Origin: an uncultured Prevotellaceae bacterium
GTDB lineage: Bacteria > Bacteroidota > Bacteroidia > Bacteroidales > Bacteroidaceae
Assembly: GCA_900315565.1 (NCBI GenBank)
Contig: OMZS01000021.1
Span: 504 to 64,503, forward strand
DNA length: 64,000 bases
Direction of reading: 5' to 3'
Shown piece by piece: positions 28,496 to 37,776 of the stretch. The notes beneath the pieces are model-generated. The model ran no database searches. It had not been told where the DNA came from and worked only from the letters and a program-made list of their open reading frames with translations. The stretch's first letter is position 1, and each line of letters opens with the position of its first letter. The position numbers and the translations under genes are program-made.

Positions 28496-29239
28496 TTAGA
28501 TTTTTTTCTTGGTGCGGAAGATGTCGCGCAGATAGGTGGCCTTAATGACGATGTTTCGAAAGTTTGACGCGCCAAATTTGTCACGTTTGGAGTCGTGATA
28601 GATGTTTCCTAACCCATAGTAGTAGCGTGCCTCTACAATGAAGTGCCCCACCTTGGGATGCGAATATTCCAGTCCGGCGCCAGCAGTTATGCCGTAGTCA
28701 AACTTGAGCTGTACAGCCATGGTATCCTGGTCGATGACCTGGTTGACGCGGTCCATTTTGTTGCGTTTTTCCAGTTCGAAATTCATGGTAGTCTTTTCGC
28801 CCATGCAATAGCCAAACTGCGGACCCGCCTGCACGAAAAACTGGAATCCTTTCTGCTCTCGGCCCCACCCCAGCCTGGCCAGCAACGGAATTTGCAGGTA
28901 AGTGATGGTGCGCTGATATTCTTCGGGCAAGCCCGTGGCCTCGTTGATGACGGGATTCTCGTTGTAGTCGATGATATTTTCCTTCCATCCCATCGGGTTG
29001 ACGTTAACCTCAGCCTGAAGGGCGCAGATAGAGTTGAAATATTTCTCGCAGGTGTAGCGGATGGTTCCTCCCAGAGTGATTCCTTTATGCATGTTTTGTG
29101 TCACTTTGGGCAGGAAGCGCATGTCGGTGAGCGAGTATCCTCCGTTGAAGCCCACTGCCAGGTCGGAGCGGTATTCGCCGATTTGCGCACTCGCCGTAAG
29201 GGCAGCCAGTAGCAGAACGAGAACAAGTGTTTTGCGCAT
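28496..29239 (-). CDS. Small outer-membrane beta-barrel (porin-family/PorT-like) protein
   Basis: 247 aa. It has a signal peptide ending TASAQ, an alternating beta-strand pattern and aromatic-rich C-terminal strands. Confidence 0.7.
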   Translation of the reverse strand: MRKTLVLVLLLAALTASAQIGEYRSDLAVGFNGGYSLTDMRFLPKVTQNMHKGITLGGTIRYTCEKYFNSICALQAEVNVNPMGWKENIIDYNENPVINEATGLPEEYQRTITYLQIPLLARLGWGREQKGFQFFVQAGPQFGYCMGEKTTMNFELEKRNKMDRVNQVIDQDTMAVQLKFDYGITAGAGLEYSHPKVGHFIVEARYYYGLGNIYHDSKRDKFGASNFRNIVIKATYLRDIFRTKKKI

Positions 29240-29262
29240 GATTTGACGGTAGTGGTGAGAGT

Positions 29263-30690
29263 TTAGAAATTAATGAGCACAATGCTGTGGTTGGTGGCAT
29301 AGTGAACAAAAGTGAGCTGACGGTTTTGCATGCCCCCACCCTTCGCAGCGCGCTTAAAGTTGAACATGGTTTGTATGGGTTTGTGGCTCGACTCAGCTTT
29401 GGTGGCATTGAAGGCCTTACCGCGCTCATGTAGTCCCGAAAGGAAGAAGTAAGCCTGGTCGAAGCCTGTCAGCCCGAATCGCGGCAGGGCATACATCATT
29501 TCGTTGCCGAACCAGCGCTTATACTGTCCTTCTATGCTAAGCGTCTTATAGGAATTAGGATCGCGATAAAAAGTGCTGGGAATGTAAGTGTCGTACTTAT
29601 GGAAATACTCTTGATACACCTTGGTGTACATCAGCCAGTCGGTGTAGCCAAAAAGCGAAATACCCAGTCCAGGCACCTGACTTGTCAATCGGTCGAGACG
29701 GCGCAGGGTGCTGTTGAGCTCAGGCGAACGTCCGGTGTTCAGAATGACGATATTCGGTTCCGTGCGGCTGAAGGCTTTGCTGAAAGCGTCGTCCGAAGAG
29801 TTGAGGTTGGTCACGTTGTAGGCAATGCCTCTTGCATCCATAATGCGGCGCAAGTTCATGGTAAAAACGCCTTTCTGGCTGGTAGAGTCGTTGCAGTCGA
29901 TAAAAACAGTGTGATGAGCCGCAAAGCGCTCTAAGAATTGCTGTATGGTTGCCTCGTTGATATCGGCTGGAGTCTGATACACCTGATAGATGTTCGGATT
30001 CTGCTGCACGTCGTTGCCCGAAATGGAGAACGGAATGACAAGTTTGATGCCGTACGTTCTGACAAAGTCGCTAAGCGGAGCCATCTGCTTAGTGTAAAGT
30101 GGCCCAAAGATGATGTCGCATTTGGCGGCAGCTGGGTCGAGCAGCGTCTGTCTGATGTCGGCATCAATGTTCACGTTCCAGGCATGCACATCCACAGAGA
30201 CGCCGTTTTTCTTCAGGCTGTCGCAAGCCAGCAGCATGCCACGGTAGTACTCCACCATGCGCCTGCCGTCGCCATCCACGTCGTGCAATGGCAGCATTAC
30301 GCCCACGCGGATGGCCCTGTTGTGTATGTCGGTGTCGGTGTTCTGCCCGTTGGCCTTTGCCAGTTGTTCCACGCTCACCGTTCTTGTGGCCTGTATGGGA
30401 TTGTTCTGGTTACCATTCTGCATGCCGTTTTGCTGGCGTTGCGCCTGCTCTGCTGCCGAGAAGGGAATAAAGATGAAATCGCCCTTTTTCAGTTCGTAGC
30501 CAGGCGTGTTCATCTCGGGGTTGGCCCTGATCAACTCATCAACAGTCAGACCATAATCTTTAGCAATGCCAAAAATGGTTTCCTTGCGCTTTACTTTGTG
30601 CATCTCTTTCCATGTCACGCCCTCTTGGGCTACAGTCTCCACGGCAAAGACGGCCAGCAAAGCTACGATTGCATATCTCAGATGTTTCAT
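29263..30690 (-). CDS. LysM domain protein with periplasmic-binding-protein-like domain
   Basis: 475 aa with a signal peptide and a LysM module (VKRKETIFGIAKDYGLTVDELIRANP...KKGDFIFIP). A type-I PBP-like region follows. Confidence 0.7.
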   Translation of the reverse strand: MKHLRYAIVALLAVFAVETVAQEGVTWKEMHKVKRKETIFGIAKDYGLTVDELIRANPEMNTPGYELKKGDFIFIPFSAAEQAQRQQNGMQNGNQNNPIQATRTVSVEQLAKANGQNTDTDIHNRAIRVGVMLPLHDVDGDGRRMVEYYRGMLLACDSLKKNGVSVDVHAWNVNIDADIRQTLLDPAAAKCDIIFGPLYTKQMAPLSDFVRTYGIKLVIPFSISGNDVQQNPNIYQVYQTPADINEATIQQFLERFAAHHTVFIDCNDSTSQKGVFTMNLRRIMDARGIAYNVTNLNSSDDAFSKAFSRTEPNIVILNTGRSPELNSTLRRLDRLTSQVPGLGISLFGYTDWLMYTKVYQEYFHKYDTYIPSTFYRDPNSYKTLSIEGQYKRWFGNEMMYALPRFGLTGFDQAYFFLSGLHERGKAFNATKAESSHKPIQTMFNFKRAAKGGGMQNRQLTFVHYATNHSIVLINF

Positions 30691-30739
30691 TGTTGTTTTT
30701 TGCTGTTAGAAAAATAGCATTTCCGATTTTTGTGTCTTT

Positions 30740-31033
30740 TTACTTCCGCAGTTCCCAGTCAACATCAAACTCGCTGCCCTCGTCAGTCACACTGATGTCG
30801 TAAACCACTTCCTTGCCATTGAGTTGCCCTTTCAGCACGCCCTTTTTGGGTGAACCTTTCTCGTCGAGCTGAAACTCTGTTACCTCGAGCGTATTGCCAT
30901 TCGACTGCTCGTCGTTGATGATAGCTTCCTGCACCTTGTCGGCCAGTTTTTTGTCGGATACAATACAGCCGTTGAACATCATCAGCGCCGAGAACACAAA
31001 CATCATTGAAATAAAAAACTTTTTCATTTTCAT
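30740..31033 (-). CDS. Small lipoprotein, unknown function
   Basis: 97 aa from ATG 31033 with the lipobox MMFNGC. The longer listed ORF start has no support. Confidence 0.5.
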   Translation of the reverse strand: MKMKKFFISMMFVFSALMMFNGCIVSDKKLADKVQEAIINDEQSNGNTLEVTEFQLDEKGSPKKGVLKGQLNGKEVVYDISVTDEGSEFDVDWELRK

Positions 31034-31232
31034 TGCTTTTATGTTTTTAATACTTTTGTCATCGCTTTCGTTAGCGTTATCGTTAACGTTTCTCTCCCCT
31101 TTCGTTTGCAAAAGTACGAAATGTTTGACAATATAAGGCCACAAAATGCAAAAAAAATGCCCCCGTAGTGAACAAGAAAGTAAAAAAATACGTAAATTTG
31201 TGGCCGTAACAAACCATTTCAATCACAAAACC

Positions 31233-32579
31233 ATGAGAACGAAGGCTATCATGACAGGAATTTTAGGAAGTATTTTCGGTCTTTTCACCGCCTGTGGGCA
31301 AAATGCCACCATGCCCGAGGGTAAACTGCTGAGTCTGGAATATACAGAGAGCGGCACCATGGCCGGTTACACTTTCGAAGGCAGCGTCACCACCATGAAA
31401 GACGGCAGAGTGCGTCTTCGCGTATCTTACAATCGCTACGGCCCCTTGGTAAAAAAAATAGTTGACGCCAAGGTGCTCGACGACCTCAGACAGATTATTA
31501 AGGAAGAAAAGATGTATGCCTACAAGTCGCACTATCAGCCCATGCTGGAGGTGCTCGACGGATGGGGATGGTCGTTCCATGCATCGTTTGAGAACGAGCA
31601 GAGCATCAGTTCAGGAGGCAGCAATGCCCGCCCACCAGGCAACGGACTGGGCCGTATCGAAAGCTACCTCACCTCGCTCATTGGCGACTCACGCCCCACG
31701 GGCTGGCTCGATGAAGACCAAGAGCCGTCACTTCAGGGCACCACCTGGACCGACGGACTTAGCATGTTCACCTTCGTCACCCCCGACAGCATCGCTTCTG
31801 CAGGCAAAGGCATCAGCGTTCCCGATTGTCTCGACGACAATTTCCCCAAAAACAACTGGCGGATCGTCCGTCTCACGGCGAAAGGTCAGGACATCCTTTC
31901 TTGCGACAAAAACTACAGCGGCAGCCCCGTGGCCTTCCAACGCTGCGAAAACAAGCCCGCAAGCCGACAACAGCTCTGGCAGAAAAGCCTTCGTATGCTG
32001 GTTGCCGGTACATACACGGGCGCCAAACAAAAAAAATACATTTTCACTCCCGACGGACTGTATAAATCGGCGCGAGGCGACAAGGGTATCGCCTATGAGT
32101 TTCTTTCCTCTCCTGCCCCCAAGACCGGCATTGCCACTCCACCTGTCAATGTGCTGAAAGCCGGCCCCCACCGATGGATGATTTGCCTGACCGATTCGGG
32201 ACTCAATCTCTACGAGGCCAAGCCTGTGGGCAACGAGTTCAAGCGCGGCAAACATCTCGATACTCTCGTTTTTACTGACAATGGCACCAACGAGCCAGGA
32301 CGATGGCCGCTGTTCTCTATGCTCGTGGCCAACAAGTGGCTGCTGAGCCTTGTTCCGCCCAAGGTGCTGCGCTACATCAGCAACGAGATAAAAGCCCGCC
32401 ACGGCTATGCCTTCTACAACGACAAAGAGGCCGAAAACTACTTTAACCAGCAATCTTGGTACGAGCAAAACTATAGTCACGAAGCATTCTCACCCGTTGA
32501 GGAAATCAACAGCAACGCTATTTATAATCTTCTCCAATCAGAGCCCAAAGGACCATGGCCATGGTTTGACCCATTGTAA
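31233..32579 (+). CDS. YARHG-domain lipoprotein
   Basis: 448 aa from ATG 31233 with the lipobox GLFTAC. The C-terminal YARHG motif is IKARHGYAFYNDKEAENYFNQQSWY. Confidence 0.65.
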   Translation: MRTKAIMTGILGSIFGLFTACGQNATMPEGKLLSLEYTESGTMAGYTFEGSVTTMKDGRVRLRVSYNRYGPLVKKIVDAKVLDDLRQIIKEEKMYAYKSHYQPMLEVLDGWGWSFHASFENEQSISSGGSNARPPGNGLGRIESYLTSLIGDSRPTGWLDEDQEPSLQGTTWTDGLSMFTFVTPDSIASAGKGISVPDCLDDNFPKNNWRIVRLTAKGQDILSCDKNYSGSPVAFQRCENKPASRQQLWQKSLRMLVAGTYTGAKQKKYIFTPDGLYKSARGDKGIAYEFLSSPAPKTGIATPPVNVLKAGPHRWMICLTDSGLNLYEAKPVGNEFKRGKHLDTLVFTDNGTNEPGRWPLFSMLVANKWLLSLVPPKVLRYISNEIKARHGYAFYNDKEAENYFNQQSWYEQNYSHEAFSPVEEINSNAIYNLLQSEPKGPWPWFDPL

Positions 32580-32607
32580 TACATAACATTTTACTGTATA
32601 GACATTT

Positions 32608-32647
32608 ATCGCCCGTTCGTTTAACCAACGGGCGATTCCTTTTTTTT
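32608..32647 (+). terminator. Rho-independent terminator after the YARHG gene
   Basis: The stem ATCGCCCGTT / AACGGGCGAT is followed by TCCTTTTTTTT. Confidence 0.75.
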
Positions 32648-32791
32648 CTGTCTGAAAAGCCTCAAAAATTCATCTGCAAAAGTGATTCTTCCGCGAAGCG
32701 AAGAATAAGGTTTCGTGAAGCAAAAATAGGGTTTCGTTTAGCATCCTCCGAAAGCGCAATAATTATTTGTGAAAACAGCCTGAAACACCTG

Positions 32792-32885
32792 TCCCAATGG
32801 GCTGGGACATTTTTCCCAGAAAAAGTCCCATCGGCTGGGACTTTTTTCCCACGCGGTGGGACTTTTTTCCCAGCCGATGGGAATA
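32792..32885 (+). repeat. Tandem mini-hairpin/T-tract units (TCCCA-N4-5-TGGGAC-T5-6) with nested inverted repeats
   Basis: TGGGAC(A/T)TTTTT(T)CCCA occurs three times (32803, 32836, 32857). A perfect 14-bp inverted repeat pairs CCCATCGGCTGGGA (32827-32840) with TCCCAGCCGATGGG (32869-32882) and encloses CCCACGCGGTGGG. Confidence 0.7.
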
Positions 32886-33084
32886 TTCAGGGAAAAAGTA
32901 TTTTACTCCTGCAGAAAACAGATCTGTTTTGGAATCTTAGTGCAATTCTCAAGAGAGGCAGCTTGCCGTACAAGAAAAACGGTCAGGAATCTAAAAAAGC
33001 ACAAAAAAGTACGATGAAATGGCGAAAAAACATCGTGAAACATCACGATTGTGCGGATTGCCGCTGAAATAAAAGTAGAATTGT

Positions 33085-33115
33085 TTTGAGAATTGCAAAA
33101 ATAGCAGTACCTTTG
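33085..33115 (+). promoter_or_regulatory. Candidate Bacteroidota promoter for the glycopolymer locus
   Basis: TTTG (33085-33088), 19 nt, then TACCTTTG (33108-33115). This matches the Bacteroides consensus TTTG-N19-21-TAnnTTTG and lies ~220 nt upstream of ATG 33335. Confidence 0.4.
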
Positions 33116-33334
33116 CAAAGCAATGCGCGAGGACAATGTGGAATCTGCGAACACGAAGTGTTCTGATGCGGAGATTTGCAACCTTTCGGCATGCGTTTTA
33201 GAGGCTCAGTATGATGTGCTGCACGGTCGGTTTTGAAAAATCAGACATATCGACCGTGAAGTTTTATTGTGTCTATTAGGAACGTATGCCAAGCCGACAG
33301 ATTCTCCATTTCCGATAACGCATGCGGTGGAAAC

Positions 33335-34615
33335 ATGTTCGGAATAAAGACTTTTATCAAGTCACATTTCAATCGGTATTTCTTCTATCCCCACGTCTGG
33401 CAGAAAATACTCGACAAAAGAGTGGAGACTCTGAGGCAGAAAGACTGCATCACAGTGGCATTCGTCACCATGGATGTGGCGATGTGGAAATATCAGGGGC
33501 TCTACGATTTGCTGAAAAAGGACCGCAGGTTCAACACATACATTGTGCTGTCGCCAACGGTGAAGTTTTGCCGTGAGGAAATGGCCAGGGAGTTGCAGAA
33601 AATGCGCGAATTCTTCGGTCAAAGAGCAATGCCCTATGTTGACTGGGACCTGGAACACGGTGCGCCTCCAACCGACATCCTCAAAACGTTGAACCCCGAT
33701 ATACTGTTTTACACCCAGCCTGGGAAAAAGGTGTTTACAAGCGTACACTCGTTTCGGCATTTCCGCAACAAACTGCTATGCTACTCGCCCTACGGGTTCT
33801 ATATGCATGACAAGCCATCGCTCTACGACCGGAAGTTTCTTAACATGGCATGGAAACTCTATTATTTTACCGACGTGCAGAAAAGTCTGGCCGAAAAATA
33901 TGCCGAGCGTCGGGGTGAGAATGTGATTGTCAGTGGCTACCCGCCTTATGAGCAATACACAAACGGCCCATTTTCTGATGTTTGGAAGATAAAGGACAAA
34001 AGCGTGAAGCGCATTGTTTGGGCACCGCATTTCACTATCAGCACCTCGCTGATGGAAGGAACCAGAGCACGCTCGCACTTCCTGACCATGTGGGAAATGA
34101 TGCCGAAACTTGCCAAGAAATACGAGGGGATGATACAAATAGCCTTCAAGCCGCACCCACGGCTGCTGACTGAATTATATCAGCACCCCGATTGGGGAAA
34201 GGAAAGGGCAGACAACTATTACAGAATGTGGCAGCAGCATATTGACAACGGCCAACTGGAAACGGGCGAGTTTGTGAGTTTGTTTCACGGTTCCGATGCT
34301 CTTATTCACGACTCCAGCTCTTTTCTCATTGACTATGTGTATTTCGACAAGCCAGAGTTCTTTCTGGCCGACGACCTAACATCTTATAAACTAGAGTCTG
34401 ACGAGGTTTCGCTAAAAGTTTACAATAGCGTTTATTACGGACTGAAAGAACAAGAAATATGCCATTTCATCGAGGATGTAGTCATCGGCGGCAACGACAC
34501 AATGAAAGAAACGCGCAACGCTGTGCTTCGGCAACATCTGCTGCCTCCTGGCGGCAAAATTGCCTCGCAAATTATTTATGAGGACTTGAAAAGAGAATTA
34601 TCTCCAAAGTCTTAA
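33335..34615 (+). CDS. CDP-glycerol glycerophosphotransferase family (TagB/TagF-like) protein 1
   Basis: 426 aa from ATG 33335. The motifs IVWAPHFT, FKPHPRL and HDSSSFLIDYVYFDKP parallel the TagF motifs YAPTfR, HP and TDYSS..fDf...kP. Confidence 0.7.
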   Translation: MFGIKTFIKSHFNRYFFYPHVWQKILDKRVETLRQKDCITVAFVTMDVAMWKYQGLYDLLKKDRRFNTYIVLSPTVKFCREEMARELQKMREFFGQRAMPYVDWDLEHGAPPTDILKTLNPDILFYTQPGKKVFTSVHSFRHFRNKLLCYSPYGFYMHDKPSLYDRKFLNMAWKLYYFTDVQKSLAEKYAERRGENVIVSGYPPYEQYTNGPFSDVWKIKDKSVKRIVWAPHFTISTSLMEGTRARSHFLTMWEMMPKLAKKYEGMIQIAFKPHPRLLTELYQHPDWGKERADNYYRMWQQHIDNGQLETGEFVSLFHGSDALIHDSSSFLIDYVYFDKPEFFLADDLTSYKLESDEVSLKVYNSVYYGLKEQEICHFIEDVVIGGNDTMKETRNAVLRQHLLPPGGKIASQIIYEDLKRELSPKS

Positions 34616-34634
34616 CTCCTTTACTCGAATAAAT

Positions 34635-35675
34635 ATGACCGACAGCCGATGGAAGACGAGAGATTCTAACATGGAACTGTTGCGCATCATTGCAATGGTT
34701 TTCATCATGTTGGTGCATGCCAATTTCCGTGCACTGCACTACCCTACTGCCGATGAAATGGCAGTATCGCCCACCGGTGTCTTTGTCCGTTATCTTTGGG
34801 AGAGTCTTTTTGTGTTGGGTGTCAACGCTTTCGTCATGCTGTCGGGGTGGTACGGCATACGTTTCCGACTGAGCCGCCTGTGGGAGCTTTTGTTTCAGGT
34901 GCTGTTTTTTGCGGTCTGCATCATTACAATTGCCTGCATTTATGAGCAACGGTGGCCTGTGATGCGCGACTTAGGCTATTTGCTTCTCAGCGACAACTAC
35001 GATTATTGGTTTGTGAAAGCATATCTGATGCTTTATATCCTGTCGCCCGTGCTGAATGCCTTTGTTGAACGGGCATCGAGAGAGCAGTTGCTACAGGTGT
35101 TGCTGCTGTTCTTCGGCTTCGTGTTTCTCTGGGGCTGGATATTTAAAGGGGCCGTATGGCTGAAGCATGGCCATTCTGGCATTTTCTTCGTAGGACTGTA
35201 TCTGTTGGCCCGTTATCTCAGGCTTTATTGGGTGGACGGGGTGAACATCCGGAAATCTGTCTGTGCAGCCGTTTATCTGTCGATAGCGCTGGTTATAGCC
35301 GCGAGTGCCTACCTGCTGCTCAGAACCAACCATCTGGACTCCGTGCGCAGGCTGTTTTTTTACACCTGCCCGCTAGTTATCGTTCAGGCAGCGGCTTTTC
35401 TGCTTTTCTTCACCAAAGTGAAGCTGAAAAGCAAAATAGTTAATTGGGTAGCCATATCGACGCTTGCCATTTATCTGGTTCATTCGTCACCATTCTGGAG
35501 CAAGGCTTTCTACGACCAACCCATTGCCCACTGGTTTGGCACGCTTACTCCTTTGCATTTTGCCTTTAGGGTGGTGCTGTTGGTGTTTGTGACGTTCTGG
35601 ATCTCGATATTTGCCGACAAGGTGCGCAAAGCCATCTGGCAAAGACTACAGTCAAAGTTCCCTTCTCTGGCATAA
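34635..35675 (+). CDS. Acyltransferase family 3 (O-acyltransferase) membrane protein
   Basis: 346 aa. It has MELLRIIAMVFIMLVHANF and NAFVMLSGWYG, with ~10 hydrophobic segments. Confidence 0.75.
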   Translation: MTDSRWKTRDSNMELLRIIAMVFIMLVHANFRALHYPTADEMAVSPTGVFVRYLWESLFVLGVNAFVMLSGWYGIRFRLSRLWELLFQVLFFAVCIITIACIYEQRWPVMRDLGYLLLSDNYDYWFVKAYLMLYILSPVLNAFVERASREQLLQVLLLFFGFVFLWGWIFKGAVWLKHGHSGIFFVGLYLLARYLRLYWVDGVNIRKSVCAAVYLSIALVIAASAYLLLRTNHLDSVRRLFFYTCPLVIVQAAAFLLFFTKVKLKSKIVNWVAISTLAIYLVHSSPFWSKAFYDQPIAHWFGTLTPLHFAFRVVLLVFVTFWISIFADKVRKAIWQRLQSKFPSLA

Positions 35676-35676
35676 G

Positions 35677-36768
35677 ATGAAAATAGGCATTCTTACGTTT
35701 CACAACGCCATCAACCACGGAGCCGTGCTGCAGACCTACGCCACTCAAGAGCTTTTGCGTAGCATGGGGCACGAGGTGGAAGTGATTGACTACCGCAACC
35801 AAGCCGTTGAAGCCTACTACGACAAATTCAAGTTCCATCTGGGTGTATTACTGCGAAAACGCAAGATTCGCTACCTTGTGTCACCGTTTCTTTTCTGGCT
35901 GCAGCGCCGGGCTTTCAGTAGGTTTAAGAGCAAGCATTTGAGAATATCGCCCGATGGTGCCAGGCAAGCAGGACAGAAAGACCTGATACTAGTGGGCAGC
36001 GACCAGCTTTGGAACTTGCGCATTACAGGCGGATTTGACCCGTGGTACTGGGGCGACAAAGCGACAATAGGATTAGACCCGGAAAAGACAAGGATGGCGA
36101 CCTGGGCCGTATGTATGAACCACACTGAAATGGCCCTTGGCGAGACGGCGCGCATTGGTAGGTATCTGAAGAACTTTTCGGCCCTGAGTGTACGCGAAAA
36201 AGAACTGCTCGACCTGATAGCTCCATTGACAGACAAGCCCGTGGTGCAAACCCTCGACCCCACCCTACTGCTGGAGGCTGACAAATGGAGGGCCTTGTGC
36301 CATAAGGTAAGGCCGAGTCATTATGTGGCCGTTTATGCCATTGAATTTAAAGACAAGCGTCGTGTGGCCAAAGTAGCCGAACGACTGGCCCAGAAAGAAG
36401 GACTGGGCGTTGTGAACCTCCGAGTTTATGCCGACACGGGTTCGCTTTTGGATGCGTTGCATGGCTGCGGCCCCGACGATTTTCTGTCTTATCTGAATGC
36501 TGCCAGTTATGTGGTGACCAGTTCGTTTCATGGTACGGCATTCTCGATGATACTTGGCAAACAGTTTTTCAGTGTGGTTGACCCGGAGAAGGGAAATGTA
36601 AGGGTTGAAAACCTGCTGCGTCAAACGGGTATGGAGAACCGGAAGGTGGACTATGACGAGCGTTTCGAACAGATAGCCCCTATTGATTATTCGCAGTTTA
36701 ATGTTGGCTGCTCGTTGAAAGTCGGCTGTTTGAGAAGCATCGACTTTCTGAAGGAATTGGGAGTTTAA
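35677..36768 (+). CDS. Polysaccharide pyruvyl transferase family protein
   Basis: 363 aa from ATG 35677, which lies 1 nt after the upstream stop. The N-terminus is MKIGILTFHNAINHGAVLQTYA. Confidence 0.75.
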   Translation: MKIGILTFHNAINHGAVLQTYATQELLRSMGHEVEVIDYRNQAVEAYYDKFKFHLGVLLRKRKIRYLVSPFLFWLQRRAFSRFKSKHLRISPDGARQAGQKDLILVGSDQLWNLRITGGFDPWYWGDKATIGLDPEKTRMATWAVCMNHTEMALGETARIGRYLKNFSALSVREKELLDLIAPLTDKPVVQTLDPTLLLEADKWRALCHKVRPSHYVAVYAIEFKDKRRVAKVAERLAQKEGLGVVNLRVYADTGSLLDALHGCGPDDFLSYLNAASYVVTSSFHGTAFSMILGKQFFSVVDPEKGNVRVENLLRQTGMENRKVDYDERFEQIAPIDYSQFNVGCSLKVGCLRSIDFLKELGV

Positions 36769-36771
36769 GAA

Positions 36772-37776
36772 ATGAAGGAATTGGTTTCTGTTCTGGTGCC
36801 GGTATATAATGCCGAAAGGTTTCTTCAACAATGTGTTGACTCGTTGCTTCATCAAACGTATGCGAATGTTGAAATAGTGCTTGTGGATGATGGCAGCACC
36901 GATGAAAGCGGCAAAATTTGCGATGAATATGCGACGAACGACAGTCGTGTGAGAGTTGTTCACAAAGCGAATGCTGGTGTGGCGGAAGCACGTATTACAG
37001 CTTTTGAAAACAGCCGTGGAAGTTACATCGCCTTTGTGGATGCCGACGACTATGTAGCACCCAACTACATTGAAGCCATGCTGAAAGCTGCCACGGAACA
37101 CCGGGCAGATATCATCTCATGCAACCTTCTGAAAGTGAATGGTAACCGCACCATCAAAGAGTCTCACCGCATGGAGGGTTTGTACGACCGCCAGCAAATC
37201 AGAGAAGCGATGCAAACCTGCCTACTCTACGATAAAAAGACACGCACCAACGGAATGACCATCTACCTGTGGAGCAAACTTATTAAACGCGAGTATGTGG
37301 CCAAAGGCCTTGAATATGGGCGTGGTATTTGGTTTGGTGAAGACCAGATAGCCCTGTTCTGCATGCTCTACGAGATAGAACGACTCTACGTGATGCAAGA
37401 CCGCCTTTACTATTATGTGCAACACAAAGCCCAGGTGACAAGGAGATACCACCCATCCATGTGGTTGACAAACATCGAGTGCTGGAAGCGCTACCGCATG
37501 CTGGACCGCAAGCATCTCATTGACGAACAACTGAACCTCCGCATTTGGAAAAGCATCAATCGTATCGTGTTTCAAAGAATGACTATCGTGGTTGACAATT
37601 TCAAAGACTTCAGGACTGATATGCGTGTTTTACGCGAACATGAGGATATGAAACGCTTTTTTAGTCAGGGCATTATCGGATTCGGATTCAAGGAGAACAT
37701 AAAGTATTGGATGCTGAAATATCGCATGTTCTGGCTTTATTATTTAAGTCTTTATCGATGGAAAATACAAAAATAG
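36772..37776 (+). CDS. Glycosyltransferase family 2
   Basis: 334 aa with VLVPVYNAERFLQQCVDSLLHQTY...VLVDDGSTDESG and FVDADD. Confidence 0.85.
   Translation: MKELVSVLVPVYNAERFLQQCVDSLLHQTYANVEIVLVDDGSTDESGKICDEYATNDSRVRVVHKANAGVAEARITAFENSRGSYIAFVDADDYVAPNYIEAMLKAATEHRADIISCNLLKVNGNRTIKESHRMEGLYDRQQIREAMQTCLLYDKKTRTNGMTIYLWSKLIKREYVAKGLEYGRGIWFGEDQIALFCMLYEIERLYVMQDRLYYYVQHKAQVTRRYHPSMWLTNIECWKRYRMLDRKHLIDEQLNLRIWKSINRIVFQRMTIVVDNFKDFRTDMRVLREHEDMKRFFSQGIIGFGFKENIKYWMLKYRMFWLYYLSLYRWKIQK

Noticed and set aside
31462-32157. 231-aa alternative-frame ORF inside the YARHG lipoprotein gene
   Set aside because: It is a same-strand overlapping frame with Pro/Ser/Arg/Thr-rich low-complexity content. 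The lipoprotein frame has a lipobox and a C-terminal YARHG motif.
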